NCBI GenBank assembly: GCA_027491435.1
Contig: JAOZFG010000017.1
Coordinates: 12,487 to 76,486, forward strand
Reading direction: 5' to 3'
Source: Thermoproteota archaeon
Lineage (GTDB): Archaea > Korarchaeota > Korarchaeia > Korarchaeales > Korarchaeaceae
DNA: 64,000 nt
Positions within the stretch are counted from its first letter, which is position 1, and each line of letters begins with the position of its first letter. The notes under the pieces were generated by a model. The model had not been told where the DNA came from, did no database searches, and saw nothing but the letters and a program-made list of their open reading frames with translations. A program made the position numbers and the translations under genes. Positions 53,326 through 61,065 of the stretch are shown here, in pieces.

Positions 53326-53625
53326 ATGATGAAGGTGGAAATTATAGAGCGGAGGCCTAATGAGCTACTTCAGAGGGAGGAGGTGCTGGCCAGGATAGAG
53401 TTCGAGGGGGGAACGCCTTCAAGGAAGGAAGTCAGGGAGGAACTAGCCAAGGCTTTGGGCAAGTCACCTGATGCGCTATTCATAAGGAAGATAGAGACCG
53501 AATACGGTTTAACTGAGGCCAAAGTGTTCGCTATGGCCTACTATGACAGGAGGATCGCTCTGATGATAGAGCCCGAGCATATCATAAGGAGGAATGAGGG
53601 AGGAGGTGAGAAGGGTGAAGCATAA
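53326..53625 (+). CDS. rps24e: 30S ribosomal protein S24e (eS24)
   Basis: Segment N.LL.R.E.......[16 protein letters not shown]. Start is 53326 or 53329 (ATG), downstream of GGGAGG. Confidence 0.9.
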   Translation: MMKVEIIERRPNELLQREEVLARIEFEGGTPSRKEVREELAKALGKSPDALFIRKIETEYGLTEAKVFAMAYYDRRIALMIEPEHIIRRNEGGGEKGEA

Positions 53626-53773
53626 ACCCGTTCAGGTTTGGAAGTATTATTCGATAGAGGGGGATAAGTTGGTCCTTAAGAAGAGGAAGTGTCCTAGGTG
53701 CGGCTCGTTCATGGCGGAGCATAAGGATAGGTGGACCTGCGGCAAGTGCGGCTACACCGATTTCAAGAAGTAA
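53594..53773 (+). CDS. rps27ae: 30S ribosomal protein S27ae (eS31); 59 aa, not in the supplied ORF track
   Basis: Hand translation: [59 protein letters not shown]. The CPRCG..FMA.H.DR..CGKCGYT zinc ribbon is the eS31 signature. Overlaps the S24e 3' end by 32 nt. Confidence 0.8.
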   Translation: MREEVRRVKHKPVQVWKYYSIEGDKLVLKKRKCPRCGSFMAEHKDRWTCGKCGYTDFKK

Positions 53774-53803
53774 CGTCCTCGACTACCGACGATTGATGTA
53801 TTT

Positions 53804-53816
53804 CCTTTTAAATAGG
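53804..53816 (+). promoter_or_regulatory. TATA-like box upstream of ftsZ
   Basis: CCTTTTAAATAGG, about 40 nt upstream of ATG 53852. Confidence 0.4.
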
Positions 53817-53851
53817 TTGGGTACAGGATACCTGATGCTTTAGGCGAGGGG

Positions 53852-55078
53852 ATGAGCTTGAAGTCTATAATCAAGTCTGCCTATAAGAGAGCTGAAGAAG
53901 AGCCTATTGAAACCCCAGATAAGGTGGCCCCTGAAGATTCCATGCTTAAGGAGTTCGTTGAGAAGGTAAAGGCTAGGATAGTTATCATGGGGATAGGAGG
54001 TGCCGGCAGCAATACGATCACTAGGCTGAACGCAATTGGTATAGATTCCGTAGAGACCATAGCTGTTAACACCGACGCCCAACACCTCCTCACCACCTCT
54101 GCTGACAGGAAGATCTTGATTGGAAAGGAAGTATGCGGGGGCAACGGCTCTGGAGGGGATCCTAGGATTGGTGAAGAGGCCGCTAGAGAGAGTTCTGAGG
54201 ATATTAAAGAGATACTGGCTGGGACCGATATACTCTTCCTGATGGCTGGGCTGGGAGGGGGCACCGGGACGGGCGCCAGTCCTGTAATAGCGGATATAGC
54301 TAAGCAGCTAGGGGCTGTTGTAGTGTCAATAGTGACCCTTCCGTTCTCTGCCGAGGGGATGAAGAAAAAGGAGATAGCCATGGAAGGACTTGCTAGGCTA
54401 GCTAAGTCCTCAGATACTATAGTCGTGGTAAACAACGACAGGATCTTGGATATAGCCAAGGAGCTCCCCCTGTATCAGGCGTTCTTCATATCCGACGAGA
54501 TAGTCGCCAGGGCCGTCAAGGGAATGGTGGAGATAGTCATGAAGCCCGGACTCATAAACGTGGATCTGGCTGACCTTAGAAACGTACTTGAGAAGGGAGG
54601 CCCAGCCGTACTCACCTTCGGCGAAAGCGATGGAGAGAACAGGGCTATAGAGGCAGTAGATGACGCGTTAGAAAACCCCTTGCTGGACGCTGATATATCT
54701 GGCGGGAAAGCGGCCATAATTAACATAACCTCTGGACCTGATTTCTCCCTGAACGAGATGGAGCAGATCGTCGAGACAATTGTCGGATCATTAGATCCCA
54801 ACGCTAACGTTATATGGGGAGCTAGGATAGACGAGAGCTTGAAGGGATCGGTCCAGGTGTTGTTGGTGGTTACGGGGGTCGCTTCCCCATCAGTAGAGGC
54901 AGCACTTCAGGGCGAGTTTGAGGCCCCGGCTACCTTGGAGAGAACTACAGTTCCTAAGGTGGAGGTTAAGACTAAGTTGAAGGGTAAGAAGACCTTAGAG
55001 AGGAAAACCGTCCCTATAAGACAGGCAGGAAAGAAGAGGGAGAGTTACAGTGGAGACTTCGGCATAGACGAACTGTGA
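53852..55078 (+). CDS. ftsZ: Cell division GTPase FtsZ
   Basis: Motifs GIGGAGSN, tubulin signature GLGGGTGTGASPV, NTDAQ.L. 408 aa with a basic C-terminal linker. Confidence 0.95.
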   Translation: MSLKSIIKSAYKRAEEEPIETPDKVAPEDSMLKEFVEKVKARIVIMGIGGAGSNTITRLNAIGIDSVETIAVNTDAQHLLTTSADRKILIGKEVCGGNGSGGDPRIGEEAARESSEDIKEILAGTDILFLMAGLGGGTGTGASPVIADIAKQLGAVVVSIVTLPFSAEGMKKKEIAMEGLARLAKSSDTIVVVNNDRILDIAKELPLYQAFFISDEIVARAVKGMVEIVMKPGLINVDLADLRNVLEKGGPAVLTFGESDGENRAIEAVDDALENPLLDADISGGKAAIINITSGPDFSLNEMEQIVETIVGSLDPNANVIWGARIDESLKGSVQVLLVVTGVASPSVEAALQGEFEAPATLERTTVPKVEVKTKLKGKKTLERKTVPIRQAGKKRESYSGDFGIDEL

Positions 55079-55088
55079 GGTGTCCGTG

Positions 55089-55250
55089 ATGTCCCTGTTG
55101 GAGGACATAGTACAGGCTTTAAAGCTCGCCGAGAAGCCCAAGTTCGATCAGGTGATGACCACGTTCAAGGTCACAATGGCCGGCTTTCTCATAGTTGGTA
55201 TAATAGGCTTCATCATACAGCTGACGGCAACTCTCCTGTCGACTGGGTAG
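55089..55250 (+). CDS. secE: Preprotein translocase subunit SecE (Sec61-gamma); 53 aa, not in the supplied ORF track
   Basis: Hand translation: MSLLEDIVQALKLAEKPKFDQVMTTFKVTMAGFLIVGIIGFIIQLTATLLSTG. Short amphipathic N-terminus plus one TM. Canonical position between ftsZ and spt5. Confidence 0.75.
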   Translation: MSLLEDIVQALKLAEKPKFDQVMTTFKVTMAGFLIVGIIGFIIQLTATLLSTG

Positions 55251-55262
55251 GGTGTACCTTGG

Positions 55263-55766
55263 ATGGAAGGGGCTGCTGAAAGAGAGGAAGTTAAGGCCAA
55301 GGCCATATTCTTCGTAGTAAGGACCAGCGCTGGTCAAGAATTGAACGCTGTGAGGCTTTTAGCGGCCAGAGCCAACACTATGGGAGCCAAAATTAGGTCT
55401 ATCCTCTTTATTCCCAAGTTTAAGGGGTACTTGTTTGTGGAGGCTGACAGGGAGTATGAGGTGAGGAGGCTGGTTAGGGGATCCTCTAAGGTAAAGCTTA
55501 TGACCACGAGTCCCGTGTCCATGAGTGAAATAGAGGATCTCCTGGCTTCAGAAGCTTCCACCATCGAGATAGAGAAGGGAGATATAGTCAAGATAGTCAA
55601 AGGAAACTTTAAGGGGTACAGGGCTAAGGTGCTCTCTGTATTGGAAGGAGGTAAGGGGATGATCTTGGCAAAGCTACTGGATATAGATAGGGATTGGGAG
55701 GTTAAGATCCCAATAGATCATGTGAAGCTTGAGAAGAAGGTTGAGAAGGAGGAAGAGGTGAGGTGA
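55263..55766 (+). CDS. spt5: Transcription elongation factor Spt5 (NusG)
   Basis: NGN domain ([12 protein letters not shown]) plus KOW motif ([18 protein letters not shown]). Confidence 0.9.
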   Translation: MEGAAEREEVKAKAIFFVVRTSAGQELNAVRLLAARANTMGAKIRSILFIPKFKGYLFVEADREYEVRRLVRGSSKVKLMTTSPVSMSEIEDLLASEASTIEIEKGDIVKIVKGNFKGYRAKVLSVLEGGKGMILAKLLDIDRDWEVKIPIDHVKLEKKVEKEEEVR

Positions 55767-55767
55767 A

Positions 55768-56250
55768 TTGGCTAAGAAGGTCGTTAGAGTGATGGTCGTT
55801 GGAGGAAAGGCCACACCTGGTCCGCCCATAGGGCCTGCCCTAGGAGGACTGGGCCTCAACATGGGGCAGGTTGTAAAGGAGATCAACGATAAGACTAAGG
55901 AGTACGCTGGCATGAAAGTGCCTGTCGAGATAGAGGTAGACCTGGAAACCAGGCAGTTTGAGGTGAGGGTTGGCACTCCGCCCACCTCTATGCTAATATT
56001 GAGGGAGCTAGGGCTTGAGAAAGGATCCTCTGACGCTGGAGGGAAGAAGGTAGGTGACCTAAGCATGGAACAGGTGGTCAAGATAGCTAAGATAAAGTTG
56101 AACGATGCCAACACCAAGGACCTGAAGAAGGTCGTCAAACAAGTCCTTGGGACAGCTTTATCTATGGGGGTCACAGTAGAGGGAAAGGACCCAAGGGAAG
56201 TTCAGAAGGAGATAGATCAGGGTCTCTGGGATCAGGTTATAGCAGGGTGA
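55768..56250 (+). CDS. rpl11: 50S ribosomal protein L11 (uL11)
   Basis: [15 protein letters not shown] motif. TTG start 1 nt after the spt5 stop. Confidence 0.95.
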   Translation: MAKKVVRVMVVGGKATPGPPIGPALGGLGLNMGQVVKEINDKTKEYAGMKVPVEIEVDLETRQFEVRVGTPPTSMLILRELGLEKGSSDAGGKKVGDLSMEQVVKIAKIKLNDANTKDLKKVVKQVLGTALSMGVTVEGKDPREVQKEIDQGLWDQVIAG

Positions 56251-56254
56251 TCTC

Positions 56255-56938
56255 ATGTCTCACGTAATTGTTGAGGATAAGGCCCTAGAGATAATAAGGA
56301 AGGTTCTGGAGGAGAGCCCTAAGAGGAGGTTTAAGGAGGCGGTGGACCTCACAGTGGTGCTCAGGGGTATCGACTTAAAGAGGGACCCTAACGCCAAGAT
56401 AAACGAAGTTGTAGAGCTTCCTCACATGCCCAAGAACAGACCCGTCAAGATAGCTGTCATTGGAAAGGGGGACTTCGCCCTCAAGGCTAAGGAAGCGGGA
56501 GCCGACGAAGTGTTGAGTTTGGAGGACATAGAAGCTATGGCCGGTAACAAGAAGGCTTTGAAGAAGTTAGCCAACAAGTACGACTTCTTCATAGCACAGG
56601 CGGATCTGGTACCGAAGATCGCTAGGATCATAGGTCCTGTCTTTGGCCCTAGGAACAAGATGCCGGTAACCCTGCCTGCCACAGCTGTGGACAAGTTGCC
56701 GGACATGATTAACAAGCTTAGGAAGTCCGTGAGGATAAGGATGAGGGATCAGCCCCTGTTCCACGTGAAGGTGGGGTCCCGAGATATGTCTCCTGAGGAG
56801 ATACTGGAGAACGTAAAGACCGTCCTGTCCGTTGTTGAGAGGAAGTATGAGGATCCCAACAAGATAGCCAAAGTGTATATAAAGACGACAATGGGACCAG
56901 CATATGAGTTGCCCATAGTCTATCATAAGAGGAGGTAA
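56255..56938 (+). CDS. rpl1: 50S ribosomal protein L1 (uL1)
   Basis: Segments F.E.VDL.V.L.GID.K...... and F.A..D....I....G..LGPR.KMP. Confidence 0.95.
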   Translation: MSHVIVEDKALEIIRKVLEESPKRRFKEAVDLTVVLRGIDLKRDPNAKINEVVELPHMPKNRPVKIAVIGKGDFALKAKEAGADEVLSLEDIEAMAGNKKALKKLANKYDFFIAQADLVPKIARIIGPVFGPRNKMPVTLPATAVDKLPDMINKLRKSVRIRMRDQPLFHVKVGSRDMSPEEILENVKTVLSVVERKYEDPNKIAKVYIKTTMGPAYELPIVYHKRR

Positions 56939-56942
56939 GATC

Positions 56943-57818
56943 ATGTCTTTGCTTATAGATCCTGGAAGGAGAAGCAAGCAGAGGATTAGAAAGGCCAAAG
57001 TGATGGAGAAGTTCATAAAGCTGGTTCAGGAGTATCCAGTGGTAATGTTGGCTGACTTCACCAGGGTACCGGCGGATCACTTTCAGAGGGCCAGGAAGGA
57101 GCTAGCTCCTAACATTAAGTTCTACGTGATAAAGAAGAGGTTAGCAAAGAAAGCGGCCGAGATGGTGGAGAGAAAGGGGTTAAAAGAGCTCCTGGAGAGG
57201 ATGCCCCAGAACCTAGTAGTCATATTGAGCAAGGAGGATCCATTTGAAACCTACAGAAAGGTGACTGAGAGTAAGGCGGAGGTCTTTGTGAAGCCTGGAG
57301 AAGTCGCTGAGGACGATATAGTCATACAGAAGGGTCCAACTGACTTGGCCCCAGGGCCCATACTCACAGACCTTAGAGCCATGAACATCCCAACCAAGAT
57401 CCAAGGAGGTAAGATAGCCATAGCCCAGGACGTCGTCATCGTCAAGAAGGGGGAGGTGGTCTCCAAGCAGGTGGCCGACGTGCTTAAGAACTTGGGAATA
57501 AAGCCAGTTAAGGTAGGTTTCAAGGTCACTGGAGCCATAGATGAGGAAGGCATACTCTACTTGCCTGAGGTGCTTGCCGTAACTAAGGAAGAGATATTGG
57601 AGAACCTAAGCGCTGCCATATCTAGGGCGTTGACCCTCGCCTTGGAGATTGAGGAGATAAACAAGTATACCGTGAGGCCTCTCACAACCAAGGCTGTGCT
57701 TCAGTCCATGGCCTTGGCCACTGAGATAGGGTGGATAACCGATAAGACGCTCAGGCCAATAATTGCTAAGGCAGTGGCCGCTGCTAGAGCCCTCAAGGAA
57801 AAGGTAAATTTTGAGTGA
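56943..57818 (+). CDS. rplP0: 50S ribosomal stalk protein L10/P0 (uL10); short form (291 aa) apparently without the acidic C-terminal tail
   Basis: Position after L1. N-terminal rRNA-binding domain (P.....D...V.A......R..L). Ends ...AARALKEKVNFE. Confidence 0.85.
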   Translation: MSLLIDPGRRSKQRIRKAKVMEKFIKLVQEYPVVMLADFTRVPADHFQRARKELAPNIKFYVIKKRLAKKAAEMVERKGLKELLERMPQNLVVILSKEDPFETYRKVTESKAEVFVKPGEVAEDDIVIQKGPTDLAPGPILTDLRAMNIPTKIQGGKIAIAQDVVIVKKGEVVSKQVADVLKNLGIKPVKVGFKVTGAIDEEGILYLPEVLAVTKEEILENLSAAISRALTLALEIEEINKYTVRPLTTKAVLQSMALATEIGWITDKTLRPIIAKAVAAARALKEKVNFE

Positions 57819-57893
57819 AATGAGAAGAAGCAGGGGGATGACCGGAGGCACCAGCCATGAGGGAGTGATTTAATGCGCGCATTAGGGACCCCC

Positions 57894-59027
57894 TCAGGAA
57901 ACATCCCCCAGATATGGCTTATAGGACTCCAAGGCGTCCTTCCACTCTTTTTCTCCGAATAACCCCTTCTCCTTTTGCCACTTTTGTAATTCGTAAAGAG
58001 GCCTTAGCAGATCCGGATCACTCATGAACTTCTCTCTTAACCCCTTGAACTCGTTTATAAAGTGTTCAGCAACGAAGTGTTTCAGGTCCAGTGGATGTAT
58101 CTCCCCCTCCCTGTATGCCCTTTCCAGCTCCTCATAACTGTTTATTTCTATCTCACCTCCTCCCCTTGACCTAGATCTAGGCAACTTAACCGGAGACTTC
58201 CATGGCAGGATTAAGTACTTCATGGCGGCCAGCATAGGGTTTATCAACCTCCCCTCCTCATCAAAGCTCTCATTCCATGGAGGGCAGAAGGCTGCCTTCA
58301 CCTTGGAGGCTATTATCTCCGGAGGGTCGTGGACTGCTATGTGTGATTTAGGTACGCTGCTGCTCATCTTCCCACCTTTCTCCAGACCTGGTATTAAAGG
58401 CAGGTGGATAGCTGAGGGCACGTACTTCTCGACCCTTAACTGAACTGGCGATGAGAATACATCCCTAGCTAGAGCGTGTATCTTCCTCTGGTCCGTTCCA
58501 CCTATGGCTACCTTAACCCCCAGGTAGAGTATGTCCAAGGCTTGCATCAACGGGTAGACTATATGTGACACCATTGGATCCTTGCCCCTGGCTATGATAG
58601 TCATGGCCCTCCAAGCCCTGTTCACCGTTACCTTCTGGGAAAGGGTGAGCAGGTCCATCACGTAGTCCTCAGAAAGTTCAAAGTCGCTACCCAACACGAT
58701 CTCTATTTCAGGACTACCTAGCTCGTGAAAGACCGTCTTCCAGTAAGTCATCGATACCTCTTTTATCACATCTTGGGGTCCCTTGAGGTTTAGTATGGCG
58801 TGAATGTCTGCCATTAAGGCTATGGAGTGAAAGCCCGCTTCTATCATGTCCCTAAGCTTGTAGATTGTTATTAGGGTTCCCACGTGAATGGGACCTGATG
58901 GCTCGTACCCTACGTATGTGTTCGGCCTACCTCCTTCCTTTACTATTCCCTCAATCTCGTCGATCGTCATCACGAACTCTTCCTGAGGTTCAGCTACGTT
59001 TCTGAGAACTAACTCGATGGGGTCCAA
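57894..59027 (-). CDS. tyrS: Tyrosyl-tRNA synthetase
   Basis: Collinear with archaeal TyrRS as I recall it: YVGYEPSGPIHVG (HIGH region), LMADIHA.LN.KG, IVYPLMQALDI.YLGV.VA.GG.DQRKIH.LAR, GKMSSS (KMSKS), NSYEELE......E.HP.DLK. Confidence 0.75.
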   Translation of the reverse strand: MDPIELVLRNVAEPQEEFVMTIDEIEGIVKEGGRPNTYVGYEPSGPIHVGTLITIYKLRDMIEAGFHSIALMADIHAILNLKGPQDVIKEVSMTYWKTVFHELGSPEIEIVLGSDFELSEDYVMDLLTLSQKVTVNRAWRAMTIIARGKDPMVSHIVYPLMQALDILYLGVKVAIGGTDQRKIHALARDVFSSPVQLRVEKYVPSAIHLPLIPGLEKGGKMSSSVPKSHIAVHDPPEIIASKVKAAFCPPWNESFDEEGRLINPMLAAMKYLILPWKSPVKLPRSRSRGGGEIEINSYEELERAYREGEIHPLDLKHFVAEHFINEFKGLREKFMSDPDLLRPLYELQKWQKEKGLFGEKEWKDALESYKPYLGDVS

Positions 59028-59087
59028 CGTCCCACCGGGAGTTGGGGCTAGGGGAATTAATGAACTTTAGGTGTGAGGGAGGTAGTA

Positions 59088-59147
59088 GGCCTCAGGGTAG
59101 GTCAGTCAACACATCCAGTTCGTAGTCGTCGCCAATCATCATTGGCC
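59088..59147 (-). ncRNA. Candidate C/D-box sRNA (2'-O-methylation guide), 60 nt
   Basis: Minus strand reads GGCC-A-ATGATGA(C)-TTGGCGACGACT-ACGA(D'?)-ACTGGAT-GTGTTGA(C'?)-CTGACCTACC-CTGA(D)-GGCC. Canonical C and D boxes closed by a GGCC/GGCC terminal stem. Internal boxes are degenerate and the second spacer is only 10 nt. Confidence 0.35.
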
Positions 59148-59151
59148 AACC

Positions 59152-59634
59152 TTATGGGCCAAGGGACATCTTAACCTTTATGGATCTGGCTTTTAGGAGC
59201 ATTCGTAACATCTGCCAGTAATGAGTTGCAAACCAGTAAACATTACCACATTTATTGCATCTTAGAAATATATTATTACTCTTTATGACCTCTCTAGGTA
59301 GATTATTTAGGATAATTTTGCTAACTGGAGACATGGGAGAATTGCAGAAGGGACACCTTGTGGTCCTGGGATCTATTCTCAACCTAAGCCCAAGCTTAAG
59401 GGAGAGGAGGGCTAACGCCTCCTCCTGTCTCTCAGGAACTAGCAAATAGTTAATCCTTCTTTTAGAGACCCTCTTAGCCAATTCCTTATCTCTTGTGAGG
59501 AAAACCCTGCCGTTAAAGTCCATGCTCAGAATTTCCTCATCCATTAAGTCTGGGGAAATGAGCTCCGAGTCGTGGCCCAGTATCCTGAGCCACTTAGCCA
59601 GCTTGCCCAGCATTGCGTCAACTATAAACTTCAT
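59152..59634 (-). CDS. Mut7-C (DUF82) PIN-like RNase domain protein with a C-terminal zinc ribbon
   Basis: Start F.VD.MLGKLAKWLR.LG.D, then CP.CN...........C..CG..YW. Confidence 0.8.
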   Translation of the reverse strand: MKFIVDAMLGKLAKWLRILGHDSELISPDLMDEEILSMDFNGRVFLTRDKELAKRVSKRRINYLLVPERQEEALALLSLKLGLRLRIDPRTTRCPFCNSPMSPVSKIILNNLPREVIKSNNIFLRCNKCGNVYWFATHYWQMLRMLLKARSIKVKMSLGP

Positions 59635-59667
59635 CGGCCGAAAGAGTAGGGAGGAAAAATATTATGG

Positions 59668-59740
59668 TAGCCCCGCCCGGATTCGAACCGGGGTCTCCGG
59701 GTCCAAAGCCCGGCGTGCTTGGCCGCTACACCACGGGGCT
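59668..59740 (-). tRNA. tRNA-Gln (anticodon UUG), A1:U72; CCA encoded
   Basis: Acceptor AGCCCCG/CGGGGCT, anticodon stem CCGGG/CCCGG, loop CUUUGGA, T arm CCCGG-TTCGAAT-CCGGG. Confidence 0.9.
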
Positions 59741-59751
59741 TCAAAAGTTGG

Positions 59752-59838
59752 TGCGGGGGGTGGGATTTGAACCCACGCGGGCCTGACGCCCACCGGACCC
59801 TGAATCCGGCGCCTTGGGCCTGGCTTGGCTACCCCCGC
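59752..59838 (-). tRNA. tRNA-Leu (anticodon CAG), long variable arm; CCA encoded
   Basis: Acceptor GCGGGGG/CCCCCGC, anticodon stem CCGGA/TCCGG, loop UUCAGGG, T arm GTGGG-TTCAAAT-CCCAC. Confidence 0.9.
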
Positions 59839-59843
59839 TTTGG

Positions 59844-59918
59844 TGCTCCGGCCGGGATTTGAACCCGGGTCTGGGGCTCGAAAGGCCCCTATGCTTGGCC
59901 GGGCTACACCACCGGAGC
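59844..59918 (-). tRNA. tRNA-Glu (anticodon UUC); CCA encoded
   Basis: Acceptor GCTCCGG/CCGGAGC, anticodon stem GGGGC/GCCCC, loop CUUUCGA, T arm CCGGG-TTCAAAT-CCCGG. Confidence 0.9.
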
Positions 59919-59945
59919 CCCCAATCCCATACTCTAATAAGAAGG

Positions 59946-59954
59946 ATATAAAAA
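59946..59954 (-). promoter_or_regulatory. TATA-like box for the tRNA-Glu/Leu/Gln unit; also a T-tract after the top6A stop
   Basis: Minus strand reads AAGTTTTTATATCC, centred about 30 nt upstream of the tRNA-Glu 5' end (59918). Confidence 0.5.
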
Positions 59955-59964
59955 CTTGACGAGT

Positions 59965-61065
59965 TCAAATTGAGATACCTAGGTGCTCATCTAGCTTCAT
60001 TCTTAAGTACTCCACGAACAGATCCTTGAGTTTCCTGGCGGTAGGACTCATAGCCTTGAATATCTCCAACTCAGCTTTTTTCTTCTTTTCAAGGAACCAC
60101 TGGTTCTCTCTTTGCCAGAATTCGTTCTGCAGGTTGGGCAGATACACGTTATCTTGGGCGGCTTTAAGGTCCGCCGGGGTCAGCGGTTCAAGCGCGAACT
60201 GGTAATCCTTGAAGAACCCCTCTTCCACGTCTCTGGTCAGTATACCTATGAACCTGGCCTCTGGAGAGGCCAGATGGGGTATGTGAGCCGAATTTATGCT
60301 GTTGTATATGACTGTAGCGGCGATCCTAAGGGACCATGGCGATAAGTCCGTCAGGATGGCTATGGGAACCCCTTCGTCGGATAACATTCTCAGAAACCTC
60401 CTCATGCTCCTGGAGGCCTGTCCTTGAAGTATTGCTATCCCTATCTTTTTCTCCTCTGGTATGCCGAGCTCTATCATGTTCTTAGCAGGGCCCACCTTCT
60501 CTATGGCGATGACCGCTTTGACCCCTATCCTCTTGAACTTTATGTTTTCAGGCCTTGGAGGAACTGAGTAACCCATCTCTCCCACTTGATCTGCCCTTAT
60601 TAACCTTCCAGACTTGTCTATGAGCTCTATATCTCCATAAATCCACCCTCTAGGGTCGCTAGTTATGGAGAAAGCCTCCCTCGGGTAGCCCAAGACTAAC
60701 TCCATCAATATTATTCTGGCGTCGGTCTCCCTCTGGTCCTCTGGGAATAGAGTTCCTTTGAGCTTCTCCACCTTGTGAACGTAGTAGAAGTCCCTTTTTG
60801 TCATAGTGAGCCCGTTTTCTAGGTGGTCTAGGGCCCTACTTATGCCGTAAAGCAAGCCAGCCAGCGTTTTGAGGCTCTTTATCCTGGATCCAGTTATCCT
60901 GCTGTAGGTCTTAGGCTTGAACACGTAGCCGACGTCTTCCAAGAACTCTATGTTAGACTGGCTGTTGGGCGGATACTCTATCTCAGGGAACTCACCCCTC
61001 TCTATCGCTTCAGCTATTCTCTTAGCCAGCTCCAGAGCTCTCCTCCTCACTTCCTCCTTCATCAT
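59965..61065 (-). CDS. top6A: DNA topoisomerase VI subunit A (Spo11 homologue)
   Basis: Catalytic-Tyr region TKRDFYY; Toprim segment VIAIEK......L and ILTDLSPW. Confidence 0.9.
   Translation of the reverse strand: MMKEEVRRRALELAKRIAEAIERGEFPEIEYPPNSQSNIEFLEDVGYVFKPKTYSRITGSRIKSLKTLAGLLYGISRALDHLENGLTMTKRDFYYVHKVEKLKGTLFPEDQRETDARIILMELVLGYPREAFSITSDPRGWIYGDIELIDKSGRLIRADQVGEMGYSVPPRPENIKFKRIGVKAVIAIEKVGPAKNMIELGIPEEKKIGIAILQGQASRSMRRFLRMLSDEGVPIAILTDLSPWSLRIAATVIYNSINSAHIPHLASPEARFIGILTRDVEEGFFKDYQFALEPLTPADLKAAQDNVYLPNLQNEFWQRENQWFLEKKKKAELEIFKAMSPTARKLKDLFVEYLRMKLDEHLGISI

Noticed and set aside
57816-57893. Stop-codon readthrough or a frameshift that would restore a P0 acidic tail or a short P1 ORF.
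   Set aside because: All three forward frames downstream of the stop were translated by eye. None gives an Ala/Glu-rich linker or a hydrophobic stalk tail, and all hit stops within about 20 codons.
61022-61065. The 44-nt overlap of the top6B end and the top6A start as a sign of a frameshifted fusion.
   Set aside because: Both proteins have family-typical termini (MMKEEVRRRA... for A; an acidic Ser/Gly/Glu tail for B). Overlap of this operon pair is plausible translational coupling and not evidence of a fusion.
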